A stretch of 64,000 nucleotides of DNA. Origin: Pecten maximus (Eukaryota). Under the pieces are notes generated by a model that did not search any database, was not told where the DNA came from, and saw nothing but the letters and a program-made list of their open reading frames with translations. The position numbers were made by a program, and so were the translations under genes. Below, piece after piece: positions 27,376 through 64,000 of this stretch. Every line of letters starts with the position of its first letter. The stretch's first letter is position 1. The stretch lies in NCBI RefSeq assembly GCF_902652985.1, contig NC_047033.1, positions 4,650,001 through 4,714,000 of the forward strand, in the 5' to 3' direction.

Positions 27376-28789
27376 TTTTATAGTCAAATGACTGTATGAA
27401 GGTACTTCGGGAATCTAAATATAAATCTAAAGATACACAGAAAGGACAGAAATGAAACGAAATATTCTAAGTATTACAACTAGAACAATATATCAGTTTC
27501 TATTTATTTATTTTCTTTTACTATATACAATACTCAAAGCGAGGATTCGAATGTTCATTCCCGTCTATACTGTATTGCTTCAAAGCAAGAAAATGCAAGA
27601 ACTCACTGCAGGAAATATGGATACAAAATGTTTGCTAAATGTTATCCCTACGCAGTTGGATTTTGTTTTTTTATCCGTATTGATGTAAATTACCTGACGC
27701 CAAGCTGTGTATTCGCTCCCAGCAGTAAAACACACTTTTCAGACAGAACGGTGGCAATAAGATGTGCCAAGCCGTACACAATGTAGATTTTTATGATAAT
27801 ACTCAAGCTCCTGTTCTTGGATCTGCAGAAAGCCAAGTTGATAGAGAATCGGTCAACGTAACCTCAGGTGCAAAGGAGTTATGTCAAGCCAGGCTATCAT
27901 TTAAGCATTGAGGAATGTTAATCCAACCAAATTATATGAGATTTCGTTTATATAAGATATATACATTATGAGATTTCTTATATACATTTAAGATTTTTTT
28001 TTCTAACATAGATGTATTATTTCTACCACAATAGATGGGTTTTATTTAACTTCCAAAGCATGAAATAACCATTACAACTATTGAATAACAAACAGTGTAT
28101 ACCTCACGTATAAAGAACGTTTTACGCGTTTTGATTGGTTGACACGGTGACCTTTGACCGGGACTATAGTTTTAATCACGTGGTTCAAGGATTATGATTG
28201 ACTAACATTTGAAAGCTAAGATATCTTATATACTTTATGAGTTATCTTACAAAAGAAATAAGATATACACTGGATCGACATTGCTTCGTTAATAAATGAC
28301 TAATTGGCTTGCCTTACGGATGTGCTTCTAGAACTCGTCAGTAATGCTAGGTAGACAAAAGTGTGCAGGAAAATAAAATCTGATCAAAAGACATGTTTAT
28401 ATATAAAAGGGGAAGTCACGAGATAATTTAATATATTTATTACTGTGTGACAGGGATAAAACATTAATATATGTGTTTCCGCTAACATGGGAGAAAATAT
28501 AGGGTACGTGTTTTTAAAATAGTTTTTTTACAAAAAGTTCTATAGACAAGTAATTTTGACTTAAATAGTCCTTTCTCGAAATTGGCCAAAAAAGAAAAGA
28601 CAAGAAAAAACAAAAAAACAAAAAAAACAAAAACAATAACAAAAACAGGGTAAACACAAAAATATATAGGGTCGGCAGGGTAAGCGTAAAACAGGTACAA
28701 AAATGTATTATTTTATCTAGTGGATAAACAGATCATGACACAAGTCTGATTCAGTGCCACAGCATATGCCGGGTTATCCATATAAAACT

Positions 28790-29410
28790 GCATCATCCCA
28801 GGACTCGTCACTGCTGCTAGGGATATCATACAGTTGTTTTGTCCTTCTAGGACTCGTCAGTGATGTTAGGGACACCATACAGCTGCCTCGTCCTTCTAGA
28901 AATTGCCAGTGATGCTAGGGACATCATACAGCTGCCTCATCCTTCTAGGACTCGTCAGTGATGTTAGGGACAGCATACAGCTGCCTCGTCCTTCTAGGAC
29001 TCGTCAGTGATGTTGGGGACATCATACAGCTGTGTCGTTCCTCTAGGATTCGTCAGTGATGTTAGGGACAGCATACAGCTGCCTCATCCTTCTAGGACTC
29101 ATCAGTGATGCTAGGGACATCATACAGCTGTGTCGTTCCTCTAGGATTCGTCAGTGATGTTAGGGACAGCATACAGCTGCCTCATCCTTCTAGGACTCGT
29201 CAGTGATGTTAGGGACATCATACAGCTGTTTCGTCCTTCTAGGACTCGTCAATGATGTAAGAAAAATCATACAGCTGTTCCGTCCTTCTAGGATTCGTCA
29301 GTAATGTTAGAGACAGCATACAGCTGCCTCGTCCTTCTGGGACACGTCAGTGATGATAGGGACATCATACAGCTGTTTCGTCATTCTATGACACGTCAAT
29401 GATGCAAGGG
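28790..29410. repeat. 49-bp minisatellite, about 12 copies
   Basis: TCCTTCTAGGACTCGTCAGTGATGTTAGGGACAGCATACAGCTGCCTCG. Confidence 0.95.
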
Positions 29411-30759
29411 TTCAAAATATTGAATTCCAGGGTCAATCCAATGCCCTTAGTAGTATTAAAACCAAAGCAAATTTTCGTAAGATGTCTATTGTAGTTAATG
29501 GTCACCCGTGTTCTGATGTGCATACGTTTTGTTTTAAATTAGGATTCTACCACATTTGACTCCTGTGACCTTGAAAGTAGGACGAGGTCTTACTCGATAG
29601 TCCGCAAGATATGTTCACGTTTGTTCTCTTCACCCCTGGAATATGTCATGGATAAATTAAAGGCCTACAAATAGCTATTTGATAAGTGCCAGGAAGATAC
29701 ATTTCTTTTGAATATCACAGATGAGCGAAAATCAAGTTCAAAGCTAGTCAATTAAACAGTATTTCATCCTCGAGATTCGCTTCAAAAGATCAAATAATTC
29801 TTTTATCCGCATGATGGTGGTAACAAAGCATCGACATATTCAAGAGGTGCAGAGAGTGAAAGTAAGCATAACCCGTAGCTGAAGTATCGAGGATGGCCGA
29901 GTTCCTCATTTGAAGAAATAATATGAATTTTCATCTCAGCTTGCTAATGGCCCAAAGATTTGAATATATTTGATGGATGAGACCTTAAAAGTATATCAAT
30001 GTTTCCCATTTGAACAGACTTGGTAGCCTTTCCTTCAGCATGCCATAAGCCTCCTGCCATGACTCTGGTTCTCTTGGTTTTTACCAAAATGAATTTGTTT
30101 AGAGGGAGGATGCACGACGAAGATGGACAAAATGGCAATCACAGTATGTCTTTTGAAGCCTCGTCTTAGTAGAAATAATACACCATAAAACAATGTCGAT
30201 TTAATTTTTCATTGTATCTTAGCTTTTATTCAACATATTCTGAGAACAGTGATATATTATTTGATAAAGCACAGAAGACAGCTCAGACATCAAGATTCAG
30301 GTGCAAGAATACACAAAGCTCTGACAAGATCTAGAGACTGCCCATACAGATAGCTTCAACAACAAGCCCCGGGTGTCAGGGAGACAGAGAGAGCTCCGAT
30401 AATCCCTCCCCCCAGAGCTTACACAACACAAACGTAACACAAGTAGTATGATAATAAGCAGGATTTCTTAATTTTATAAACACACAGGAATTTTTGCACT
30501 GTTATCCCCAAATGAATGATTTACATTAATATAAAACATTGTATTCATTAAGATAATGATCACATTCAGAAACGTAAAAAGCTATGAATATATTATAAAC
30601 ATTATAGAATCCTAACCATTATGTCAGAAACGTAATTAATATAACTATGAACGGGAACATAATGTTTTCCTTTTATATATCTTGTTTATCAATGTTATGA
30701 AGACAAAAATTGTAAAAATTGCAGCCATAATAATGTAAATACGATCAGATCTTGTTTAT

Positions 30760-33240
30760 AAACATTATGGAAGCATCATGCTTATAAACGGTTGCAAACA
30801 TCATTTTAATAAACAGAATGTAAACATCATGATTATAAGCGGAATTTAAACATCATGACAAACGGAATGTATAGACATCATGATTATCAACCGAATGTAC
30901 ACATCAAGATTATTAACGGAGTGTAAACATTGTGATTATAAACAGATGTAAACTCCGTGACACTAAACAGATGTCAACAACATGATTATAAGCGGAATTT
31001 AAACATTATGATAAACGGAATATAGACATCATGATTATAAACAGAATGTGAACATCAAGATTATTAACGGAATGTAAACATAACCATGATTACAAACAGA
31101 TATAAACACCGTGATTATAAATAGATGTAAACACCATGATTATAAACAGATGTAATCACCATGATAATAAACAGATGTAATCACCATGATTATAAACAGA
31201 TGTAATCACCATGATTATAAACAGATGTAATCACCATGATTATAAATAGATGTAATCACCATGATAATAAACAGATGTACACATCATGATTACAAACAGA
31301 TATAAACACCGTGATTATAAATAGATGTAAACACCATGATTATAAACGGATGTTATCACCATGATTATAAACAGATGTAAACACCATGATTATAAACAGA
31401 TGTAATCACTATGATTATAAACAGATGTAATCACCATGATTATAAACAGATGTACACATCATGATAACAAACAGATATAAACACCATGATAACAAACAGA
31501 TGTAATCACCATGATTATAAACAGATGTAATCACCATAATTATAAACAGATGTACACATCATGATTACAAACAGATATAAACACCATGATTATATACAGA
31601 TGTAAACACCATGATTATAAATAGATGTAAACATCATGATTATAAATAGATGTAATCACCATGATCATAAACAGATGTAAACTCCATGATTATAAACAGA
31701 TGTAAACACCAGGATTATAAATAGATGTAATCACCATGATTATAAACAGATGTACACATCATGATAACAAACAGATATAAACACCATGATTATAAACAGA
31801 TGTCAACATCATGATTATAAACAGATGTCAACATCATGATTACAAACAGATATAAACACCGTGATTATAAACAGATGGACACATCATGATTATAAACAGA
31901 TGTAAACACCATGATTATAAATAGATGTAAACATCATGATTATAAACAGATGTAATCACCATGATTATAAACAGATGTAATCACCATGATTATAAACAGA
32001 TGTACACATCATGATTATAAACAGATGTAATCACCATGATTATAAACAGATGTCAACATCATGATTACAAACAGATGTAAACACCATGATTATAAACAGA
32101 TGGACACACCATGATTTTAAACAGATGGACACACCATGATTATAAATAGATGTAATCACCATGATTATAGACAGATGGACACACCATGATTATAAACAGA
32201 TGTAAACACCAGGAGTATAAATAGATGTAAACACCAGGAGTATAAACAGATGTAATCACCATGATTATAAACAGATGTCAACATCATGATTATTTACAGA
32301 TGTAAACACCATGATTATAAATAGATGTAATCACCATGATTATTAACAGATGTCAACATCATGATTACAAACAGATATAAACACCGTGATTATAAACAGA
32401 TGGACACATCATGATTATAAACAGATGTAAACACCATGACTATAAATAGATGTAAACATCATGATTATAAACAGATGTAATCACCATGATTATAAACAGA
32501 TGTAATCACCATGATTATAAACAGATGTACACATCATGATTATAAACAGATGTAATCACCATGATTATAAACAGATGTCAACATCATGATTACAAACAGA
32601 TGTAAACACCATGATTATAAACAGATGGACACACCATGATTTTAAACAGATGGACACACCATGATTATAAATAGATGTAATCACCATGATTATAGACAGA
32701 TGGACACACCATGATTATAAACAGATGTAAACACCAGGAGTATAAATAGATGTAAACACCAGGAGTATAAACAGATGTAATCACCATGATTATAAACAGA
32801 TGTCAACATCATGATTATTTACAGATGTAAACACCATGATTATAAAAAGATGTAATCACCATGATTATTAACAGATGTCAACATCATGATTACAAACAGA
32901 TATAAACACCATGATTATAAACAGATGTCAACATCATGATTATAAACAGATGTCAACATCATGATTATTTACAGATGTAAACACCATGATTATAAATAGA
33001 TGTAATCACCATGATTATTAACAGATGTCAACATCATGATTACAAACAGATATAAACACCATGATTATAAACAGATGTCAACATCATGATTATAAACAGA
33101 TGTCAACATCATGATTATAAACAGATGGACACACCATGATTATAAACAGATGGGCACACCATGATTATAAAATATGTCAACACCATGATTATAAACATTA
33201 CATAAATATCATGATAACGGAATGTAAACATCATGATATA
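30760..33240. repeat. 25-bp minisatellite (ATGATTATAAACAGATGTAATCACC)n with a higher-order duplication
   Basis: Direct reading; period 25. Confidence 0.97.
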
Positions 33241-36156
33241 TAAACAGGAAATATCCCCATGTGAACAAAAGTAAGGAGAGATCACCAACATTAACCCAGT
33301 ATAAAGCATCACTTGTTGTATAACACAAGACACCAATGTATAGATAAGGAATGACAGACCATATAATTATATAATGAGATCTTTGGCCAGTGTACACATA
33401 TCCATAAGATTAACAGAGTTATCTCCCCTCCAACCAGTTCAATATTTTATCCTTACTGTTTTCAGACAACACACAGAAGGCCGATCAATAATTTACACAG
33501 AAGAGGCTGCATGCTTCTTTACACTTTACACTCATGTGTTAGTTATCATCTGAATTTCACTAGTGTTTATCACTATGTGATATTGTTGTACAGAAGGAAT
33601 TCATTACATCCATTCCTTGATATCGATTTGACAAAACCAGAATTCTTTATATAATTATACTTTATAGGTTTTTCACTGTGGAACTCCTCAAAAGAGAGGT
33701 ACATGTCATAGAAAGCGCAGTTCACTTTTCAAAAAAAAAAATTTAATTGATATTTGTATAAAACATTTTAGTAAACTACTACAACTAAAATAAAGATCAT
33801 GATCAGCTTCTATACAAAGGTATTGAAGAAATAATATAAAACAATAACAAATGATGACCAAGAGAAGCAGGTAACGATTATATTGTAACAATACAGGACT
33901 ATATATAGACTTTGTAACAATACAGGACTATAAATAGACTATTTAAAATAAAATGTTTTACACCATAATAGAGCTAAATAGATAAACAAAATTTTATCTC
34001 ACAACTAAAAATAGGCTATCTACTTAAACTACACAATACCCTTTCCCTCCCTCCGTATTACATACATTGTATGAATTTCCTCTGAAAAATGACAACTATG
34101 TTTTTTGAGAAATGCTTCTACATATTAAAAGTTTGGAATGACATTTCTGTGGAAATAATTACATGAAAGAAAATATAAACACGGATATTTTTTTTTTAAT
34201 GAAATTATGCTCAAGGTAGTGATGGACAATGATCGAATATGATCAATTAACTTATCATTTAATACAAACTGATGTTGTAATCAATTTCAATATTTCATAA
34301 TTGATTATCGGTCAGTGCATTAATAAGTATTTCCCTGTGTTTAAGATCAAGCAAATTTCAAATCCTACATTTAAATGCATGATAAGGATAGTCAATTGTT
34401 ACTGTAGATTAGTAGACTTCTTTCATATTCAGCAAAGTATGTTGGATATTTTGAAGCTTAATTTATAAAAGAAAAAAAAAGAAAAAGATGATTTATTTAT
34501 TTTAAAGGAAACTGAAATACATATACAATTGTAGACAGCCATTATAGGGAATAGCTTTTGTCTGTCACTCATAATTCTCTTAACCAAGAGCAGTTATCCA
34601 ATTATGTAATTGACTTATTTCATGTACATACATCGGAAGGCCTTTCCCATTATAACTAATAGTCAATTTGCAACTGATGTCCCATCACTAGTTCAAGGTC
34701 ACCTTGGATCGGTAGCTTGAGATTCATGTGTGTTTAATAACACTGACCTACAGATACTAATAACTACCATATATAAATATCATAAATATACACATCAAAG
34801 TTAGCCATTGTTATCAATTCTTTTATGCACAAGACTCACAACTCTTTCATTCAGCCATATTTAATCCAATTTTTAGACACAGCAGGTGTTCTCTTAAAAC
34901 ACTGTTGGCTCCATTTTGGAGCAACAACCTTTAATTGGTACCCTCCTTAATCCTTTATGTTTTAAGAATTCAAATATTTCCTCAAATATACCTCAGCTAC
35001 TAAAATTATACCCAAATAACATCAGGAATCCTAGGTCAAGGTTTCAAATACAATATCTGAATACCTAGCATAGTAGCTAGGCAAATTGCTGTAAAAATAA
35101 ATTGTCCTCCATCTCAAAGACAAAGGGCCATAATCTTATGTATATCAGAACTTAGAGCTGATTTAAGTTTAAGAACTACCGGTTGTCTGGTACTGTGTAA
35201 ATCTAGGAGACAGAATATGCAAGATATACCCGTGAAAAAGTAAGAAATTGTGAATAAAGGGCCACAGGTATTAGCTTTCTAAAAAGCTAAGAGTGTTACA
35301 TACAGTATTATATATTAGTGAGCAGATATTTTAGTAAAATTTTAGATAGATGGTTATATAGAAGCTTGCATATTTATGCTGAGAATTTATTCCAGAGAGA
35401 TATAATTTGGTGTTCAAGAGCCAGCAACTGATAACCTGTTGGTCAGATGGTACTGTGGAGTTTCTCTCATAGGCTTGTCTCTCTAATTTTATCTATTTTT
35501 GACTATAGCCAAATAACAGGGCCGCCGTGTGTGGAATAGCAGATCAATGTCCAAAAATCCTATATAGTTATTCAGATCTCTCTGATTTTATCAAGCACCT
35601 TTTGTTTGCAATTATTTCTCCAATTGTAACCCTAGGAATAGTGACATCACAGACAGCAGGTAACCAATCACTGAGTATGAAGTATGCTTGTGAGCCAATC
35701 AAAGTAGACTATTTATATCCATGTGCATACCCCACAATATGGCTGGTACAGCAACCAATTATAGCACTACCATCCAAGGACTTTGATTGCCTGTTGACAA
35801 ATTCAAATCTACTTCAATGGTTACTGACTAACAAATCTATAGCCTATTTCAGGAAAATATGTTGTGGATTGCGAGGCTTACAATGACCAACTGATTGACA
35901 GACTTCAAAACAAAACAAACAAAAATGATGGAGGACGAACACAGTAACGAATCATAATATTGGGTAACTAACACAATTTTTGGTATGTAAATCAGCATCA
36001 GAGCTTTTTTCCCATGAAAACAATAACACTGACAGATCAGAAAAAGTCCAGTTGTTTCAGTTACTTTTCCTGGAATCCCCCTGTACTATTTTTAGAATCT
36101 TGTACGATTATGGGATATACCACTTCGTTAAACTCTTATTGCACATTCTTATTCAT

Positions 36157-37805
36157 AACAAGAGGCCCAGGGGCCTTAACGGTCAGGAAAACCATGATTG
36201 CGCAATCATGTTACAAAATGGCCGCCATTGCTGCCATTTCAAAGTTTTTACAAGGCCGAAAAAATAACAACACTTTGTTGGCACTCCTTCCTTAACATTC
36301 TCACCAATTTCGAGCTCAATGGCACCAGTGGAACTGGAGAAGAAGTTTAAAATGTGTTTTTTAAGATGGCGGATATGATGGCCATCTTGCATTTCAGACC
36401 AATCTAAAAAATAACAACACTTGGTCGGGATGATCTCAGGAACATTTCAGGCAAGTTTCAGCCCAACAGCACTGGTGGAACTTGAGAAGAAGTTTAAAAT
36501 GTGTTTTTGAAGATGGTGGTTATGGTGGCCATCTTGGATTTCGGACCGACCCGAAAAAATAACATCACTTGGTCGGGATCATATCAGGATCATTTCAGGC
36601 AATTTTCAGCTCAAAAGCACTGGTGGAACCGGAGAAGAAGTTTAAAATGTGTTTTTCAAAATGGCGGCTATGGGGGCCATCTTGGATTTCGGACCAACCC
36701 GAAAAATAACAACACTTGGTCGGGATCATATCGGGATCATTTCAGGCAAGTTTCAGCTCAATAGCACTGGTGGAACTTGAGAAGAAGTTTAAAATGTGTT
36801 TTTCAAGATGGCGGCTATGGCGGCCATCTTGGATTTTGGACCGACCCGAAAAATAACAACACTTGGTCGGGATCATATCAGGATCATTTAAGGCAAGTTT
36901 CAGCTCAATAGCACTAGTGGAACTTGAGAAGAAGTTTAAAATGTGTTTTTCAAGATGGCGGCTATGGCGGCCATCTTGGATTTCGGACCGACCCGAAAAA
37001 TAACAACACTTCGTCGGGATCATCTCAGGATCATTTCAGGCAAGTTTCAGCTCAAAAGCACTGGTGGAACTTGAGAAGAAGTTTAAAATGTGTTTTTCAA
37101 GATGGCGGCTATGGCGGCCATCTTGGATTTTGGACCGACCCGAAAAATAACAACACTTGGTCGGGATCATATCAGGATCATTTCAGGCAAGTTTCAGCTC
37201 AATAGCACTGGTGGAACTTGAGAAGAAGTTTAAAATGTGTTTTTCAAGATGGCGGCTATGGCGGCCATCTTGGATTTCGGACCGACCCGAAAAATAACAA
37301 CACTTGGTCAGGATCATCTCAGGATCATTTCAGGCAAGTTTCAGCTCAAAAGCACTGGTGGAACTTGAGAAGAAGTTTAAAATGTGTTTTTCAAGATGGC
37401 GGCTATGGCGGCCATCTTGGATTTCGGACCGACCCGAAAAATAACAACACTTGGTCGGGATCATCTCAGGATCATTTCTGGCAAGTTTCAGCCCAACAGC
37501 ACTGGTGGAACTTGAGAAGAAGTTTAAAATGTGTTTTCAAAATGGCAGCTATGGCGGCCATCTTGGATTTCGGACTGACCCGAAAAATAACAACACTTGG
37601 TCAGGACCATCTCAGGATCATTTCAGGCAAGTTTCAGCTTAATCCCACTGGTGGAACTTGAGAAGAAGATTGAAATGTGAAAAGTTTACGCACGGCACAC
37701 GGCGCACGGCCCACGACGCACAACGCACGGCGCACGGCGCACGACGACGGACGAAGCATGATGACTATAGGTCATCCTGACCCTTCGGGTCAGATGACCT
37801 AAAAA
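36157..37805 (+). mobile_element. HINE-like non-autonomous Helentron/Helitron element carrying about 10 copies of a 147-bp satellite unit
   Basis: 5' AACAAGAGGCCC; 147-bp tandem units at about 36214-37670; (GCACG/GACG)n microsatellite; 3' hairpin TAGGTCATCCTGACCC-TTC-GGGTCAGATGACCTA followed by AAAAA. Confidence 0.85.
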
Positions 37806-38941
37806 TGCACCACCATAAAAAAAAATTCACTTTAGGACTTCCTCCTATCCCCAACACTTTTTTGAAATATTCTTAATCTATATTGCACATCCACATTTAT
37901 AATATATATAAAACAGTGCACTTTTTAATTATGGAATTTCAAAAAATGAACAATTCTGGTTATTGGTATAATCTTTGGAAACAAACCTGCATGGCCTGAT
38001 GGACACAGTAACTACTATATATTGAATCTACAGATGCAAGACCGAATTCTAAATATGAAAAATGAGGTTTGGAAATAATTGTGTCAATACATTGTATTGT
38101 TTTGACACAATTATTTCCAAACATCATTTTTTGTAAATATTGTCGATAACTATTGAATTAGGTCCCTAGTGTTCGATAAAAACAAGATTCAACAGGAATT
38201 TCTAAGATACATTAGTTTCATGATCAGTTTCTCAGATCTTAAATTGAAAAAGTTTTGAAATATATAGAAGATCTTGTCAGGATGTGTTAGAGAGTTTAGT
38301 ACAAGAATCAAACTACGGGAAACCGTAAAACTTTCCTAAGAGGAAATAAACTAAAACCATCAACTTTGGATCAGCTTTCTTAATCTTAAATTTTGGATAT
38401 AACAGAAAATTTCCTTTGGTCCGATGGAATTTGTTATAGACAAGTTTTAAGTAATTTAATCACTGTGTACAATGAATTGGTCATTTGACACTCATATTGA
38501 TTGTACTTTGTATAACACACTAACAGACTTTAATCATTGTAATATCAGAAAGGCTATTTTAAGAATAGTCAGACTTTTACGTAAGACAACTGTTTCTAAA
38601 TTATCACCCGAATACATTTTCTGTGGATAATCACATTCATCTGTATCTTACGGAAACCAAAAAGTGTCTCCAAGTCTGGGAATGAACCTAGTCTGAGAAT
38701 GAACCTACATGTACCTGAACCAATGTCATAAAGCTATAGACATTGGTAACATTGTCTAGATCTTAAACTTGAAATTAAATTCTCATTATATTAACAGAAT
38801 CTTCAAATTTAGAAAAGTAGCTCCGTACATTGTCCTTGAATCAATAATTTCCACTTGGTCACTAATGACGGTAGGAAATCATCAACATTTTCATCAGATT
38901 GAATCTTACTAATATGGTACAGAGAACAAAATTGAACATTT

Positions 38942-62107
<23,166 letters not shown>

Positions 62108-62497
62108 CTGTAAGAAGACCGAAAGATTACAGCTACCTGTTATGAGTATAGATACTGTCAGGGCTTTTTCTCAATGGTTTGGGATGGGGCCTTTTTGTCT
62201 CCTTTTGGGAAGAAAATTGGTAAATTGGGAAAGATTTTTGCAGGAGTAAACTGAAATTTTTGGGTTAAATATGAAATAATTTCAACTGAGAATGGGGCCC
62301 ATTAATGACCCCCAAAAGCCCCCAGAAAAAGCCCTGACTGTACATCTCTATGTGCATGTGTCAGACTAAAAGTAGCTTATAAAGCTGAATAAAGCTATAT
62401 CTGTGAAATGTAACGATATATAACTTTCATGAGACAGAGTCAAAAGAAGCCTGAGTTTCCTCTGGCCTATGACACCATGTCTTGTGTAGGCCTAAAG

Positions 62498-64000
62498 CTA
62501 CATCAGACATGGTGTCAGGGCCAGAGGAAACTACGTACTGTACACCAGACATGGTGTCAGGGCCAGAGGGAACTACTGTACACCAGACATGGTGTCAGGG
62601 CCAGAGGGAACTACTATACACCAGACATGGTGTCAGGGCCAGAGGAAACTACTGTACACCAGACATGGTGTCAGGGCCAGAGGAAACTACGTACTGTACA
62701 CCAGACATGGTGTCAGGGCCAGAGTGAACTACTGTACACCAGACATGGTGTCAGGGCCAGAGGAAACTACTGTACACCAGACATGGTGTCAGGGCCAGAG
62801 GAAACTACTGTACACCAAACACGGTGTCAGGGCCAGAGGAAATTACTGTACACCAGACATGGTGTCAGGGCCAGAGGAAACTACTGTACACCAGACATGG
62901 TGTCAGGGCCAGAGGGAACTACTGTACACCAGACATGGTGTTAGGGCCAGAGGAAACTACTGTACACCAGACATGGTGTCAGGGCCAGAGGGAACTACTG
63001 TACACCAGACATGGTGTCAGGGCCAGAGGAAACTATTGTACACCAGACATGGTGTCAGGGCCAGAGAGAACTACTGTTCACCAGACACACTATCAGGGCC
63101 AGGGGGAACTACTGTACACCAGACATGGTGTCAGGGTCAGAGGAAACTACTGTACACCAGACATCGTGTCAGGGTCAGAGGAAACTACTGTACACCAGAC
63201 ACGGTGTCAGGGTCAGAGGAAACTACTGTACACCAGACATCGTGTCAGGGTCAGAGGGAACTACTGTACACAAGACATGGTGTCAGGGTCAGAGGAAACT
63301 ACTGTACACCAGACATGGTGTCAGGGCCAGAGAGAACTACTGTACACCAGACATCGTGTCAGGGCCACAGGAAACTACTGTACACCAGACATGGTGTCAG
63401 GACCAGAGGAAACTACTGTACACCAGACATGGTGTCAGGACCAGAGGAAACTACTGTACACCAGACATGGTGTCAGGGCCAGAGAGAACTACTGTACACC
63501 AGACATCGTGTCAGGGCCACAGGAAACTACTGTACACCAGACATGGTGTCAGGACCAGAGGAAACTACTGTACACCAGACATGGTGTCAGGGCCAGAGGG
63601 AACTACTGTACACCAGACATGGTGTCAGGGCCAGAGAGAACTACTGTACACCAGACATCGTGTCAGGGCCACAGGAAACTACTGTACACCAGACATGGTG
63701 TCAGGACCAGAGGAAACTACTGTACACCAGACATGGTGTCAGGGCCAGAGAGAACTACTGTACACCAGACATCGTGTCAGGGCCACAGGAAACTACTGTA
63801 CACCAGACATGGTGTCAGGACCAGAGGAAACTCCTGTACACCAGACATGGTGTCAGGGCCAGAGGGAACTACTGTACACCAGACATGGTGTCAGGGCCAG
63901 AGGAAACTACTGTACACCAGACATGGTGTCAGGGCCAGAGGAAACTACTGTACACCAGACATGGTGTCAGGGCCAGAGAGAACTACTGTACACCAGACAT
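62498..64000. repeat. 38-bp minisatellite (CTACTGTACACCAGACATGGTGTCAGGGCCAGAGGAAA)n, runs off right edge
   Basis: Direct reading; period 38; internal hairpin ACACCA-GACA-TGGTGT. Confidence 0.97.

Noticed and set aside
29640-30170. Coding-like stretch including ORF 29944..30138
   Set aside because: No recognisable motif and multiple stops; possibly a decayed transposon but not supportable.

Overview
AT-rich, intron-rich animal genomic DNA. It is most likely from a bivalve mollusc, inferred from the SINE, HINE and minisatellite types. Three protein-coding genes can be reconstructed by hand from splice sites and phase. (1) A minus-strand secreted ADAM/ADAMTS-like (reprolysin, M12B) metalloprotease: 8 exons from ATG 21757 running off the left edge, with a TATA/Inr/CRE promoter. 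(2) The 3' ten coding exons of a minus-strand ICA1/ICA69 (RIC-19) gene, 62107 to stop 38942, including a GC-AG intron. (3) A TRIM-NHL gene (RING, two B-boxes, coiled coil, 6 NHL) with an uninterrupted CDS, nested antisense in an ICA1 intron (47028-49235). The rest is repeats: four V-domain tRNA-SINEs with TSDs, an internally deleted MULE transposon, a dead RLE-type LINE, several HINE/MITE-like elements (one carrying a 147-bp satellite), a tRNA-containing solo LTR and about a dozen minisatellites. The most unusual observation is that two ICA1 exons have had their 3' end plus splice donor amplified into tandem arrays. One array is in frame: 51 bp, five extra donors, each adding a 17-aa basic repeat. 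The other is poisoned: 59 bp, ten extra donors behind an in-frame TAG. Most ORFs in the supplied track are repeat artefacts. No database search was possible, so family names rest on recalled motifs.
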